From positions 565 to 64,564 of the forward strand of contig OY764073.1 of the NCBI GenBank assembly GCA_963668035.1: DNA of 64,000 nt, written 5' to 3'. Numbering within the stretch: position 1 is the stretch's first letter; the number at the start of each line of letters is the position of its first letter. The notes under the pieces were generated by a model. The model did not search any database. It saw only the letters and a program-made list of their open reading frames with translations, and had not been told where the DNA came from. The position numbers and the translations under genes are program-made. The stretch comes from Candidatus Poribacteria bacterium (GTDB lineage Bacteria > Poribacteria > WGA-4E > WGA-3G). Below, piece by piece: positions 47,596-57,709 of the stretch.

Positions 47596-48627
47596 GTGAA
47601 AGCTGCACAATTTTATGGCGGAAAAGATATAAGAGTCGAAACGGTCCCCAACCCTACGCCTGAAGCAGGACAAGTCTTGGTTCAAGTAGAGGCATCGGGG
47701 ATCTGTGGCAGTGATCTGCACGGGTATCATCACCCACCCGATAAGCCCCTATCGCCGCGCATCGGCGGACACGAATTAGCAGGACTCGTTATGGATACGG
47801 GTAAAGATGTTACAGGGTATAACAGAGGCGCGCGCGTGGCGGTTGAACCGATTAGTCCCTGCAACAATTGTCCGGAATGCTATAACGGTTACTATAATAT
47901 CTGCGGAAATTTACGACACGGTGGCGGCGGCTTCGCAGAATTTATGGTCGCACGCACAGCAAACGTGTATCCGTTGCCGGAGAGCGTCTCTGCTGAAGGG
48001 GGCGCGTTGGCGGAGGTCTATGCGGTCGCGGTGCATGCTGTCAACAGAGCGATGGTGTCGCCTGGGGATCGCGTTGCCATTATCGGAAGTGGTCCCGTGG
48101 GATTGACAATCGCGCAGGTCGCGGATGTCGCCGGCGCAACTGCTATCGCCATGCTCGGGAAGCCTGACGGACCGATACAGATTGCCCATGAAGCCGTGGG
48201 AGCAGTGCCTATCAATGTGGATAAAACAGACGCTGTGGCGGCTATCATGGAGTGGAGCGATGGACGCGGCGCGGATGTCGTCTTTGAGGCAGTCGGCGGC
48301 ACCGCGAATACACTGGAACAGGCGACGGAGATCGCAGCGAAACGCGGACGCGTCTGTATGGTCGGTGGACATCGGACACCGCTCACCTTTTCGGAACGGT
48401 TCGCACGGAGCAGAGAACTGACAGTCATTTGGTCGTTCTGTTACGGGAGACGTGGCGGGAAAACCGAGTTCCAAGTCGCTATTGATCTACTCGCCGCTGG
48501 CAAGCTGGATCCGAACCCACTCGTCACGCACCGGTTCGACTTAGACGATATTAACGAGGCGTTCGCTGTCGCCGCAGGGCGCGATGAACACGGGTCTGTC
48601 AAAGTGCTCGTGATGCCTAACAATTAA
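47596..48627 (+). CDS. Zinc-dependent medium-chain dehydrogenase (threonine/sorbitol dehydrogenase-like)
   Basis: GICGSDLH, GHE, CNNCPEC...C, G.GPVGL; GAGGAG RBS before GTG. Confidence 0.92.
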   Translation: MKAAQFYGGKDIRVETVPNPTPEAGQVLVQVEASGICGSDLHGYHHPPDKPLSPRIGGHELAGLVMDTGKDVTGYNRGARVAVEPISPCNNCPECYNGYYNICGNLRHGGGGFAEFMVARTANVYPLPESVSAEGGALAEVYAVAVHAVNRAMVSPGDRVAIIGSGPVGLTIAQVADVAGATAIAMLGKPDGPIQIAHEAVGAVPINVDKTDAVAAIMEWSDGRGADVVFEAVGGTANTLEQATEIAAKRGRVCMVGGHRTPLTFSERFARSRELTVIWSFCYGRRGGKTEFQVAIDLLAAGKLDPNPLVTHRFDLDDINEAFAVAAGRDEHGSVKVLVMPNN

Positions 48628-48637
48628 AGGAGACGAA

Positions 48638-49276
48638 ATGAAAACGCTTAAATCGCTTGTATTTGTCGGGACAGAAGGCATCTATCACGATCATGCAGGG
48701 AACGGACAATTTCTCACATCACTGCTTAACGACACTGATACCATTGAAGCCGATTTCTCACAAGACTACGATGTGCTTGCGGATGGGCTTGAAGGGTATA
48801 ACACTGTGCTTTTCTACACGGATGTCGGGGAACTCACGGCAGCACAAGAGACAGGCTTACTCGACTATATCCGGACAGGCGGAGGGTTCTTCGGGCTACA
48901 TACCGCTGCCGCTTCGTTCAGGGAAGCTGAAGGTTACCACGGCATGCTCAACGGATTTTTCAACGGGCACAGTCCGTATATGGACTTCACCGTTAATGTC
49001 AGCGACTCTAATCACCCGATTACCGAAGGGTTGTCTGATTTTGAGGCGACAGATGAACTCTATTATCTGAAGCATAACCCCGATGCATCGCACCATCTGA
49101 TGCACGCCTATGATGAGACGAAAGATGAAACCCACGTCATGGCATTTCACCATACGTACGGGGACGGGAGAGTCTTCTACTTCGCACTCGGTCACGATAT
49201 GGCAGTGCTTGAAAATTCGAGTTTTCAGACGGTTATCCGCCGCGGTGCCTTATGGGTAGGACACGGAACCCCGTAG
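48638..49276 (+). CDS. ThuA-like (class I glutamine amidotransferase-like) domain protein
   Basis: GGGFFGLH, HPITEGL, DELY, YGDGRVFYFALGHD. Confidence 0.9.
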   Translation: MKTLKSLVFVGTEGIYHDHAGNGQFLTSLLNDTDTIEADFSQDYDVLADGLEGYNTVLFYTDVGELTAAQETGLLDYIRTGGGFFGLHTAAASFREAEGYHGMLNGFFNGHSPYMDFTVNVSDSNHPITEGLSDFEATDELYYLKHNPDASHHLMHAYDETKDETHVMAFHHTYGDGRVFYFALGHDMAVLENSSFQTVIRRGALWVGHGTP

Positions 49277-49303
49277 GGGCGAGGTCACCGCGTCCCGTCT
49301 TTA

Positions 49304-50632
49304 CTACACCATTTCGCGGGCAGGATAGTGCTTATCACCGGGTGATACGTCCGTCGGATCGTTCAGCACAGCTGTCTCCGGCGGCACCATAATCTCGTGC
49401 TCGTTCACTGGGTCGTCTGTCTCTGCGCGCCACTGTTCTAAACGGTCTTGCATCTCTGCCAAGACATCCGCATAATCGGGATCCGCTGCGAGGTTATGCG
49501 CCTCTGCTGCATCGTAGACGACATCGTACAACCGCTCCGATTCAACGGGTTGATCTGCCCAACCGTGTTCCAGCATAAAGGTTTTACTGATACTATCGTC
49601 ACAGTTCGGCAACGCCCATTTTTCCGCATCATCATAGCGTTGGATGTATTTCCACCGCTTGGTACGGACAGCGCGTTGCGGTTCGTAACAGCAGTGATAG
49701 TTAACCTCGGCGAAAATAGTGTCCCGAATGTCGTCCGCCTCGCCGCGAACCAATGGTAAAACGGAGGTGCCTTGTAACCATGCGGGTGCATCAATACCTG
49801 CTACTTCGCAGATGGTGGGAAACAGATCAATTTGGCTAACCAGTCCGTCTATGACTTGTCCGCCGTCAAATCCACCAGGACCCCGGACGATAAGCATTAC
49901 ACCGATACCGTGGTCGCTGAGATGGCATTTCATTCGGGGGAAAGCGAGTCCGTGGTCGGTTGTGCATATCACAAGCGTATTATCAGCGATGCCATTTTCT
50001 TCAAGAGCATCGAAAACCACGCCCATTTTTCTATCCAGTGTCCGGGCGGCGTCTATGTATTCCGCCATATCCTGACGTGTGACAGGTGTATCGGGGAAAG
50101 GCGCAGGCGGTTGGACATAACGTGGATCGGTTTTCGGTTCGCCCGCTGGCGGCGGATCGAACCCTTTCGCGCGGCGGTGCGTCTCGCCAAACCCGATGTC
50201 CAAGAAGAACGGGGCATCGTGGTTTTCAGCAATGAAGTCGCGTGCGCGTTCTTCGGCACCTGCCGGTCTGTTATTTTCCGCTAAAATTCGCTGGTAACCT
50301 GTCTCTTTGACATCTCGGACAACGTGCTGAAAGCCTGCTAAGGCAGTGGTGTACCCCGCGCTATTCAGGGTGTGTGGTATGAGATGCTCTGGTACGGGGA
50401 GGCTCCACCCGCGGTTTGCCAATCCGCCCATACCGCAGCTGTGTGCCCACTGTCCGGTGAGCAGTGCGGCGCGCGAGGGTGAACAGGTCGGGTTCGCACA
50501 GAACGCGTTTCGGAACAGTACACCCTCTTCCGCGAGTTTTTGTATATTCGGAGTCGGAATGGCGTGTCCGTAAGGTTGCACATACCGTCCCGTATCGTGT
50601 GAATGGATATAGATTATATTTGGTCTGCTCAT
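49304..50632 (-). CDS. Sulfatase (sulfamidase-like)
   Basis: RPNIIYIHSHD, CSPSRAALLTG, TTDHG. Confidence 0.93.
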   Translation of the reverse strand: MSRPNIIYIHSHDTGRYVQPYGHAIPTPNIQKLAEEGVLFRNAFCANPTCSPSRAALLTGQWAHSCGMGGLANRGWSLPVPEHLIPHTLNSAGYTTALAGFQHVVRDVKETGYQRILAENNRPAGAEERARDFIAENHDAPFFLDIGFGETHRRAKGFDPPPAGEPKTDPRYVQPPAPFPDTPVTRQDMAEYIDAARTLDRKMGVVFDALEENGIADNTLVICTTDHGLAFPRMKCHLSDHGIGVMLIVRGPGGFDGGQVIDGLVSQIDLFPTICEVAGIDAPAWLQGTSVLPLVRGEADDIRDTIFAEVNYHCCYEPQRAVRTKRWKYIQRYDDAEKWALPNCDDSISKTFMLEHGWADQPVESERLYDVVYDAAEAHNLAADPDYADVLAEMQDRLEQWRAETDDPVNEHEIMVPPETAVLNDPTDVSPGDKHYPAREMV

Positions 50633-50640
50633 TTTCGATA

Positions 50641-50850
50641 TTAGACACCTATGCCGGTTGAATGTATGTCCATGGGACTATCTTCCTCTGTCGGAACATA
50701 GTTCTCAGCAAGCGTAACTTCACTGAGCAAGGCAATCTCAGGGATTTGGAGTTCCTCCCTGAAGATTGTCACAAATGTCCATCTCGGTTTTGGCAACTGA
50801 GTCGGTTCAGTTGATTTTACGTCGCTGTGTTTATCAAAAGTTTTTAGCAT
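50641..50850 (-). CDS. Small hypothetical protein, possible antitoxin-like remnant
   Basis: GAGGTGG RBS and an upstream promoter; IALLSEVTLAENY.PTEED resembles ALLSE..LA.DW..PEED tails of small antitoxin-like proteins. Confidence 0.4.
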   Translation of the reverse strand: MLKTFDKHSDVKSTEPTQLPKPRWTFVTIFREELQIPEIALLSEVTLAENYVPTEEDSPMDIHSTGIGV

Positions 50851-50948
50851 GATTCCACCTCATTTACAATACGCGCAAAGCGCGGTTTTCAAAAGGATAA
50901 CGACGAGGCGTGTACGAAAACGGTTAACCTCATGCAATGGATGCGCCA

Positions 50949-50977
50949 AGTATATAGTAGAACATTAAAAATGTCAA
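50949..50977 (-). promoter_or_regulatory. Putative sigma70 promoter
   Basis: Minus-strand TTGACA-17 bp-TATACT. Confidence 0.6.
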
Positions 50978-51068
50978 GAAATTTTTATTTTTACTATCTT
51001 TTTTCACCTGAATGGAGTCTATTTAATCAAATAGCACCTACCGTTTGATAATATTGGAGGAATTCGGT

Positions 51069-51962
51069 ATGTTGAAGAAATTTTGCACTGTGTTTACACT
51101 TTTACTCATCTTCGGTTTCAGCACTGTCATCATCGGAGATGAATCGGGAACATATTTTCCAAGGACACCCGACAGTTATTGGGTTTACGTGGACCAAGAT
51201 GGTAACGAGCTAACACGTCATGCTGTTGAAGGCGAGGAGATCGCTGGCGAGGTGTATGACGCTTTTAGTTATGAACCTGCTTTGGAAAATTGGCTGGATT
51301 ATAACTATCATTTTCGCCCGGATCTCTACCAAGTCGGTGAAGAGTGGATTACATTTTGGGTCGGTGATGCAGCCGAAAAATTAGTCGAAGCACGTTTTGA
51401 TAAAGAAATAACGGATTTTATTACAATAGCGAAGCAAATGGCACCGCCCGGAGTGGAGGCAGATTTTGATTTCCTGTACGAGATTGAGGTAACAGCACAA
51501 GATCAGTTTTATATGCTGCCAATATCTGGTACTGTCGATGAAGAGTGGGAGGTAACGCAGATAAACGTTAAACTCCCACTGAGACCTGATCCGCCCCCGC
51601 CACCAGGAGAACCTGAAGAGGTCACATTTGATTTTACTATTGTTGAAACAGGGCGTATCCTCGGCACGGAAAACGTTGAAACACCTGCTGGGATTTTTGA
51701 GGACTGTTTAAAGATTGAGTACCGGACGGAGACGGAACTTGTAATATCGCATCCGGAGGCGGCAGAAGGGACGCATCCGCCCGGCGAATCTGTCACAACC
51801 GTGTGGTTGGCACCGAATGTTGGGATCGTCAAGTTCCATCAAGAAGCGGAGGATATATTTCTGAAAATAGTTCCGATGCCTGAGGTTCAGGCTGCAACTA
51901 CAGTCAAAACGCTTGAACTGAAGGCGTATGAGATCGAAACCGCTGATGTGGAGGATAACTAA
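51069..51962 (+). CDS. Secreted DUF3108/TapB-like protein
   Basis: Signal peptide; YFP....YWVY, ENVETPAGIFEDCLKI, WLAPNVGIVK; the same motifs occur in the C-terminal domain of 11776-12786. Confidence 0.7.
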   Translation: MLKKFCTVFTLLLIFGFSTVIIGDESGTYFPRTPDSYWVYVDQDGNELTRHAVEGEEIAGEVYDAFSYEPALENWLDYNYHFRPDLYQVGEEWITFWVGDAAEKLVEARFDKEITDFITIAKQMAPPGVEADFDFLYEIEVTAQDQFYMLPISGTVDEEWEVTQINVKLPLRPDPPPPPGEPEEVTFDFTIVETGRILGTENVETPAGIFEDCLKIEYRTETELVISHPEAAEGTHPPGESVTTVWLAPNVGIVKFHQEAEDIFLKIVPMPEVQAATTVKTLELKAYEIETADVEDN

Positions 51963-51971
51963 GGCACAGTC

Positions 51972-52985
51972 CTATTGCCATGGGGCAAGCACAACTTTCC
52001 CGCAGTTATGCGTACACTGCAACGCCCACGCCTCCTGAATCTGGTGCATAGGGAAACTGTGCGTGATGAATGTATCCAGCTGCGCCTTCACCTGTGTAAT
52101 CATCTGCATCATAGCAGGTGTGTCTATCAGGTTGTAGTGCCGCGTACCGTGTACTGTCAAGCCTTTATTGATAATGGCACCTCCCTGAATTTCCACGTCA
52201 CCAATGCCACCAATCAATGCGATATGTCCCTTCGGGCGTGTTGCATCGATCAATAATTGGACTGCTCCAGCGGCTGCTGAGCATTCGATCCCTTTGTCTG
52301 GACCTCTGCCACCGGTCAAATCTTGAATTTGATCCAGGGCATCTTCATCTTGTGGATTGACGACCTCCGCTGCACCGAGTTTTTTCGCGAGCGAGGCACG
52401 ATACGGATGGCTTTCAACGGCGATGACGCGCGCACCTCTATACACAGCATTAATCACACCGCCAAGCCCAATAGGGCCCATCCCGGTGATGAGAACAGTA
52501 TCAAGCGCGTTGACATTCATCAATCGCATGGCATTAAACGTCGAGCCAAGTCCACAGCATGCCATTCCGGCATGATGGTAGGAGACTTCCTCCGGAATTG
52601 GCACTAACTGCCAATCTCGTTTAAGGATATACTGTGCATAAGTCGCCGTCACACCCGCCTGTTCAGGGACGTTTGGACCCTGGTGGTCCTGCTGACAGTG
52701 CACATATTCGCCTGCTAAGCAGAGGTAACACTTTCCGCAGGGATAGTGTGGCATCACCACAACGCGGTCCCCTACCTTGACAGTGCCTTCTTGTGCGATT
52801 TCTACGACTTCACCAGCGGCTTCATGTCCGAAACTCTCGCTTGTCCCTTCATTTTTGAAACCTTTGTATTCCGTACACATCGGTGCTGAATGAATTTTAA
52901 CGACAGCGAACTCGCCCTTAGCAATCGGGTCGGGTTTGTCAATTAATCCTGCCCTTTCGGGACCGAATTTTGCAACGACTTTCAT
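51972..52985 (-). CDS. Zinc-binding medium-chain dehydrogenase
   Basis: MCTE, GHEAAG, CGKCYLC...C, GMGPIGL. Confidence 0.9.
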   Translation of the reverse strand: MKVVAKFGPERAGLIDKPDPIAKGEFAVVKIHSAPMCTEYKGFKNEGTSESFGHEAAGEVVEIAQEGTVKVGDRVVVMPHYPCGKCYLCLAGEYVHCQQDHQGPNVPEQAGVTATYAQYILKRDWQLVPIPEEVSYHHAGMACCGLGSTFNAMRLMNVNALDTVLITGMGPIGLGGVINAVYRGARVIAVESHPYRASLAKKLGAAEVVNPQDEDALDQIQDLTGGRGPDKGIECSAAAGAVQLLIDATRPKGHIALIGGIGDVEIQGGAIINKGLTVHGTRHYNLIDTPAMMQMITQVKAQLDTFITHSFPMHQIQEAWALQCTHNCGKVVLAPWQ

Positions 52986-53046
52986 CAATTTTCTCCAATA
53001 GAACAGTTGTAGCATAATCTGTTAGATTGTGCTTGCTATAAGTATG

Positions 53047-53421
53047 CTATCCCGGCATGCCGTGTTTATGAAAGCCGTTCGCGACAGCCAACACGATCAA
53101 AGCGATCATTGCTAACCCGAGGAGCCCAACGGCGACATAAAGATCCATGTTTCCTTGGGAAGCGAAACTTTTTGCCAAACGTTCATTTCCGGATTGCCGA
53201 ACCTTTTTCGTTAGTACCTGTTTATCGTACGTTGTCAGTTTCTGATCGCTTGGCGATGCGAGTGCTGCCCGTTGTTCGAGAAACCGTTGTGTCCGCCAGG
53301 ATTGCCATTTCCGCCACAAGGCTCGGCATAGGATAACAGTGCCAGTGGTGGCGAATAGCACCATTGCACCGATACACCAATCTGTCAAAGGGAGGTGCCA
53401 AGGTAGATGTTTACCGTCCAT
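53047..53421 (-). CDS. Small membrane protein (2 TM)
   Basis: AGGAG RBS and two hydrophobic segments. Confidence 0.55.
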   Translation of the reverse strand: MDGKHLPWHLPLTDWCIGAMVLFATTGTVILCRALWRKWQSWRTQRFLEQRAALASPSDQKLTTYDKQVLTKKVRQSGNERLAKSFASQGNMDLYVAVGLLGLAMIALIVLAVANGFHKHGMPG

Positions 53422-53520
53422 GGTTTTCTCCTAAAAGCACGCGACTGCCGCGTGAATTCATCTGTTATGAAATTATAGCAAATTTTGATGCCTGAATCTA
53501 ATTAAATTGGGAAATTCTGC

Positions 53521-53549
53521 TTGACATTACGCATATCCTATAATAAAAT
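53521..53549 (+). promoter_or_regulatory. Putative sigma70 promoter for the TPR operon
   Basis: TTGACA-17 bp-TAAAAT, 30 bp upstream of ATG 53580. Confidence 0.6.
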
Positions 53550-53579
53550 AGCGCAAATTTAACTTTACGCTGTCAGGAT

Positions 53580-54740
53580 ATGCAACTGTTCAAATCAACC
53601 TTCACACTTCTCATATTTCTCCACACACTGCTTGCGATTGGCGCGCCGCGATATCATCCCGAAGCGGCGCGGTTGTATGACGCAGGGGTCCGCGCGCTCA
53701 CACACGGCGAACAGGAGAAGGCACGAACGGCTTTAGAGAAGGCGGTCGAACTTGATGCCTCTATAGCGGATGCACACTGCGTTTTAGGCGTGATTTATAA
53801 AGATGCCGAGGAAATCCATGCAGCAGCAGAGGCGTTTCGACGGGCAACGACCGCAGATGAAAATTATATTGAGGCGTATTATGAATTGGGGGATGTGCTA
53901 CTCACGCACTTAGGGGACACCGCACAGGCTATACACGTCCTAAAGAAAGTGGTCGCGATGGATGCCGAGCATGCGCGCACACGGACCCTATTAGGTATCG
54001 CCTATTTTCGTGATAACCGAACCGATGCTGCTATCCGTGAACTTCAACACGCTATCCAACGCGACCCAACTTCCCTGATGGCACGCTACACGCTCGGTAC
54101 TGCCTTTCTTCAACAAGAGGCGTGGCAATCCGCTATTGATACTTTCAAAAAACTCATTAAGATGGATCCGTTTCACGCGAAGGCACATTTTAGCTTAGGC
54201 ACAGCGTATCGCCGGATTGCGGAAACAGAGGTGGCACAGAAGCATTTACAACGTTTTGAGGTGCTATCTGTTGAAGAAGAAAAGTTGACGCATCTTAAGC
54301 GATTTGTACAGCAAAACCCTACCGATCCCGAAGCCTGGTACCGACTCGGTAGAATCCAGCTAAAGCGGCAACTATGGCACGAGGCAACGCAATCTTTGGA
54401 ACATTCTGTCACACTCGCGCCCCAAGAGACACGCGGCTATGAAGCACTCGGTTATGTTCAATTTCAACGGCAAAACTATAAGCAGGCCGTGGCGATGTAT
54501 CGGAAAGTTATTCAGCAGAAACCGAACGTCGCAACTTACCGCAACAGTCTCGGTGGTGCTTATTTGATGCTAAAGCAGTATCCTAAAGCGATAGAACAGT
54601 ATCAAGCCGCTATCCGCTTAAAGCCTTCCGAACCGCGCTTCTATCTGAACCTCTCTAAAGTATATCAACTCGCGGGTGCGGACGCGGAAGCCGAGAAAAC
54701 CTATAAAGCGTATGAACGTCTTAAATCAGAGCCAAAATAA
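53580..54740 (+). CDS. Secreted tetratricopeptide repeat protein
   Basis: Signal peptide and about 9-10 TPRs (A...LG......A...F..A....P). Confidence 0.9.
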   Translation: MQLFKSTFTLLIFLHTLLAIGAPRYHPEAARLYDAGVRALTHGEQEKARTALEKAVELDASIADAHCVLGVIYKDAEEIHAAAEAFRRATTADENYIEAYYELGDVLLTHLGDTAQAIHVLKKVVAMDAEHARTRTLLGIAYFRDNRTDAAIRELQHAIQRDPTSLMARYTLGTAFLQQEAWQSAIDTFKKLIKMDPFHAKAHFSLGTAYRRIAETEVAQKHLQRFEVLSVEEEKLTHLKRFVQQNPTDPEAWYRLGRIQLKRQLWHEATQSLEHSVTLAPQETRGYEALGYVQFQRQNYKQAVAMYRKVIQQKPNVATYRNSLGGAYLMLKQYPKAIEQYQAAIRLKPSEPRFYLNLSKVYQLAGADAEAEKTYKAYERLKSEPK

Positions 54741-55560
54741 GACAAATTTTGGTGTCTATCCGTGGATAAAATACCTAATCCTACTTTTCGCAATTGTGGG
54801 ATTTTTACCTGATGCTTTGGCAGGACCCGAGCTGTGCCGCATTCCTGCTGGCACCTTCACAATGGGGAGTGATAACGACCTTCCGAATGAAGCGCCCGCG
54901 CGTAAAGTCTATCTGGATGCCTACTATATCGGTAAAACCGAGGTGACCAACGCAGAATATTATCTGTTTTGGCTTGAGAGCGGGGGTGCTGGTAGTGAAC
55001 ATACACCTATCAGTTATGAAGGTGCGTTCGGGACTTGGCCCGAGATCGCGAAGACAAAACCGAACCACCCTGTCGTCGGCGTTTCGTGGGGTTCTGCTAC
55101 GGCTTATGCGGCGTGGCGAGGCATGCGATTGCCGACTGAAGCGGAATGGGAGAAAGCCGCACGCGGCACGACTGCGCGACGATGGCCCTGGGGCAATACC
55201 TTCACACAACGAATTAAAGACACAACCCTCCACGCAAACGTTTGGAAACTGGATGGAGCACACCTACAACCCGTTGGCACTTATCCGACGGGGATAAGTC
55301 CTTACGGCGCACACGATATGGCAGGTAATGTCTGGGAATGGGTGTCGGACTGGTATTCCGAGAACTTCTACCACCACAGCCCCGATCGGAACCCGAAAGG
55401 ACCCGCGGGTGGGAGCCGGCGCGTTGTGAAAGGTGGTTCGTGGTTAAATCCTGAAACGTTCGCCCGGTGTTCCGTACGTTTCGGTCAGCACCCCGCAATC
55501 GGCACCAGCTTTATCGGATTCCGCCTCGCGAAAGATGCAACCCCCGCGTATGAAAAGTAA
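54712..55560 (+). CDS. Formylglycine-generating enzyme (SUMF1/FGE) family domain protein; start uncertain
   Basis: FTMGS, EVTNAEY, HPVVGVSW, RLPTEAEWEKAARG, DMAGNVWEW, KGGSW, GFR. Confidence 0.9.
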   Translation: MNVLNQSQNKTNFGVYPWIKYLILLFAIVGFLPDALAGPELCRIPAGTFTMGSDNDLPNEAPARKVYLDAYYIGKTEVTNAEYYLFWLESGGAGSEHTPISYEGAFGTWPEIAKTKPNHPVVGVSWGSATAYAAWRGMRLPTEAEWEKAARGTTARRWPWGNTFTQRIKDTTLHANVWKLDGAHLQPVGTYPTGISPYGAHDMAGNVWEWVSDWYSENFYHHSPDRNPKGPAGGSRRVVKGGSWLNPETFARCSVRFGQHPAIGTSFIGFRLAKDATPAYEK

Positions 55561-57682
55561 AAGTACACTCCTTTTAATGATATGTCTTATATGGACATCG
55601 TCCGTGTTCGGGGCTGCTGCGATTCAATTCGTTGATGCAACCGAAAAAGCAGGTCTCCATTTCCGACACATCAACGGTGCTGAAGGCGCGTACCATCTGC
55701 CCGAAACACTTGGTGCCGGCGGCGCGTTCTTTGATGCAGATAGCGATGGATACCTTGACATCTACCTCGTCAACGGCGGTTATTGGAACAAACCACCATC
55801 AGCGAAACAGGCGATAAGCACCCTCTATCGCAACAATCGGGATGGCACGTTTACTGACATCACAGAGACTGCAAAGGTCGCAAATCTCGGCAACTATGGA
55901 CAAGGTGTGGCATGTGCAGATTATGACAACGATGGAAACGTCGATCTTTATGTGACCAATTTCGGTGCGAATGTGCTGTACCGCAACAACGGCGATGGGA
56001 CGTTTACAGGTGTAACGGACACCGCAGGGGTAGGGGATCCGGGCTGGAGTAGCAGCGCATGCTTTCTTGATTACAACGCTGATGGACATCTCGATCTGTT
56101 TGTCGTCAACTATCTTGTGTATTCATTAGATATTACCTACCTGCCGTGTGGAGAAGATGGCGAACACACGTATTGCCATCCCTCGCTCTTTGAAGGCGCG
56201 CCCGATCGACTCTATCGCAATAATGGAGACGGGACGTTCACCGATGTCAGTCAAGCGGCGGGTGTCGGTGGGATCGGTGGCATGTTTCACGGGAAAGGCT
56301 TAGGTGTCGTCTCGGCAGACTTTAACAACGACGGCGCGCCCGACCTTTACATTGCCAATGACGATACCCGAAACGATTTCTTTTATAATAATGGCGATGG
56401 TACATTTAGTGAAATCTCGCTCCTCGCCGGATGCGCTTATAGCTTTAACGGGGTCGCGCAAGCAGGTATGGGGGTTACTGTCGGTGACTATAACAGCGAC
56501 AGTTGGCTCGATATTTTTGTTACGAATCTCTCTTATGAAACCAATGCGCTCTATCGGAACAACGGCGATGGGACCTTCACAGACGTAATTTATGAGGCAC
56601 ATCTCGGAAAAGAGAGTTATCTATATGTCGGGTTCGGTACGGGTTTCTTTGATGCGGATAATGATGGCTGGTTAGACCTCTTCATTGCAAATGGACATAT
56701 CCTTGATAACATTGAAGCCACACACGACATTCTTACGTATCGCCAACCCGATCAGGTGTTCCGTAATAACGGAGATGGCACATTTCAGGAGGTTTCGGAG
56801 AACGCAGGGAACTATTTTAAAGGTGTTGCGGTGAGCCGTGGAACACTCTTCGGCGATTATGATAACGACGGCGATATTGACATGCTCGTTACGGAGAATA
56901 ATGGGCCCGTAACTTTATTGCGAAATGAGACGCAAACGCAAAACAATTGGATAGCCATTAAAACGCTTGGAATTATCAGCAACCGAGACGGTATTGGGAC
57001 GCGTATCACTCTCGCAGCGGATGGACATACACAGACGCGGGAAGTCAATTCGGGATCAAGTTACATGTCTGCCCATGACACTCGGTGCTATTTCGGATTA
57101 GGGACACAGACGACTGTTGATAGACTTGAGTTACGGTGGCAGAGCGGCGTTGTGCAAGTCTTTGAAAATCTTCCGGTCAATCAAGAACACGTCATTTCCG
57201 AATTTGCTGATACACCCGAGGATAGAGTCTTCAAGGCAGTATGGACAGGCGATATTGCAGCCCTTCGGGATACAGACATAGATGTCCACATAAAAGATGC
57301 GGTAGGGCGGACTCCCTTACGTATTGCAGCGGAGCGCGGCGCTATTCATATCGTGACGTTTCTCATTGAAAATGGGGCGGATGTCAACGTAACGGATGCC
57401 AACGGGAATACACCCCTGATTTTCATTATCAACAAGACAGGCGATCTGGCGATAACCAAAAGATTGCTTGAGAAAGGCGCGGCGGTAAACACGCAAAACC
57501 GCACAGGTGAAACTGCGTTGATGTATGCGGCGTGGCGTGGACATGCGAATATCGTTCGACTTCTACTTGAGAACCGCGCCGATGTTACGCTGAAAAATAG
57601 GCGCGGCGGGACAGCATTGACACTTGCCGAATCAAAGGGACATCAAGAAATCGTGGAGATGCTCAAAGCGGTCATGGAATAG
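55550..57682 (+). CDS. CRTAC1 family (FG-GAP repeats + ASPIC/UnbV) protein with C-terminal ankyrin repeats
   Basis: Repeated D.DNDG.LDL and LYRNNGDGTF; SNRDGIG.R...FGLG...RWQSG; GRTPL, GNTPL, GETAL and GGTAL ankyrin repeats. Confidence 0.9.
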   Translation: MKSKSTLLLMICLIWTSSVFGAAAIQFVDATEKAGLHFRHINGAEGAYHLPETLGAGGAFFDADSDGYLDIYLVNGGYWNKPPSAKQAISTLYRNNRDGTFTDITETAKVANLGNYGQGVACADYDNDGNVDLYVTNFGANVLYRNNGDGTFTGVTDTAGVGDPGWSSSACFLDYNADGHLDLFVVNYLVYSLDITYLPCGEDGEHTYCHPSLFEGAPDRLYRNNGDGTFTDVSQAAGVGGIGGMFHGKGLGVVSADFNNDGAPDLYIANDDTRNDFFYNNGDGTFSEISLLAGCAYSFNGVAQAGMGVTVGDYNSDSWLDIFVTNLSYETNALYRNNGDGTFTDVIYEAHLGKESYLYVGFGTGFFDADNDGWLDLFIANGHILDNIEATHDILTYRQPDQVFRNNGDGTFQEVSENAGNYFKGVAVSRGTLFGDYDNDGDIDMLVTENNGPVTLLRNETQTQNNWIAIKTLGIISNRDGIGTRITLAADGHTQTREVNSGSSYMSAHDTRCYFGLGTQTTVDRLELRWQSGVVQVFENLPVNQEHVISEFADTPEDRVFKAVWTGDIAALRDTDIDVHIKDAVGRTPLRIAAERGAIHIVTFLIENGADVNVTDANGNTPLIFIINKTGDLAITKRLLEKGAAVNTQNRTGETALMYAAWRGHANIVRLLLENRADVTLKNRRGGTALTLAESKGHQEIVEMLKAVME

Positions 57683-57709
57683 ACATTAAGAGAACGATAG
57701 GAGAACGCA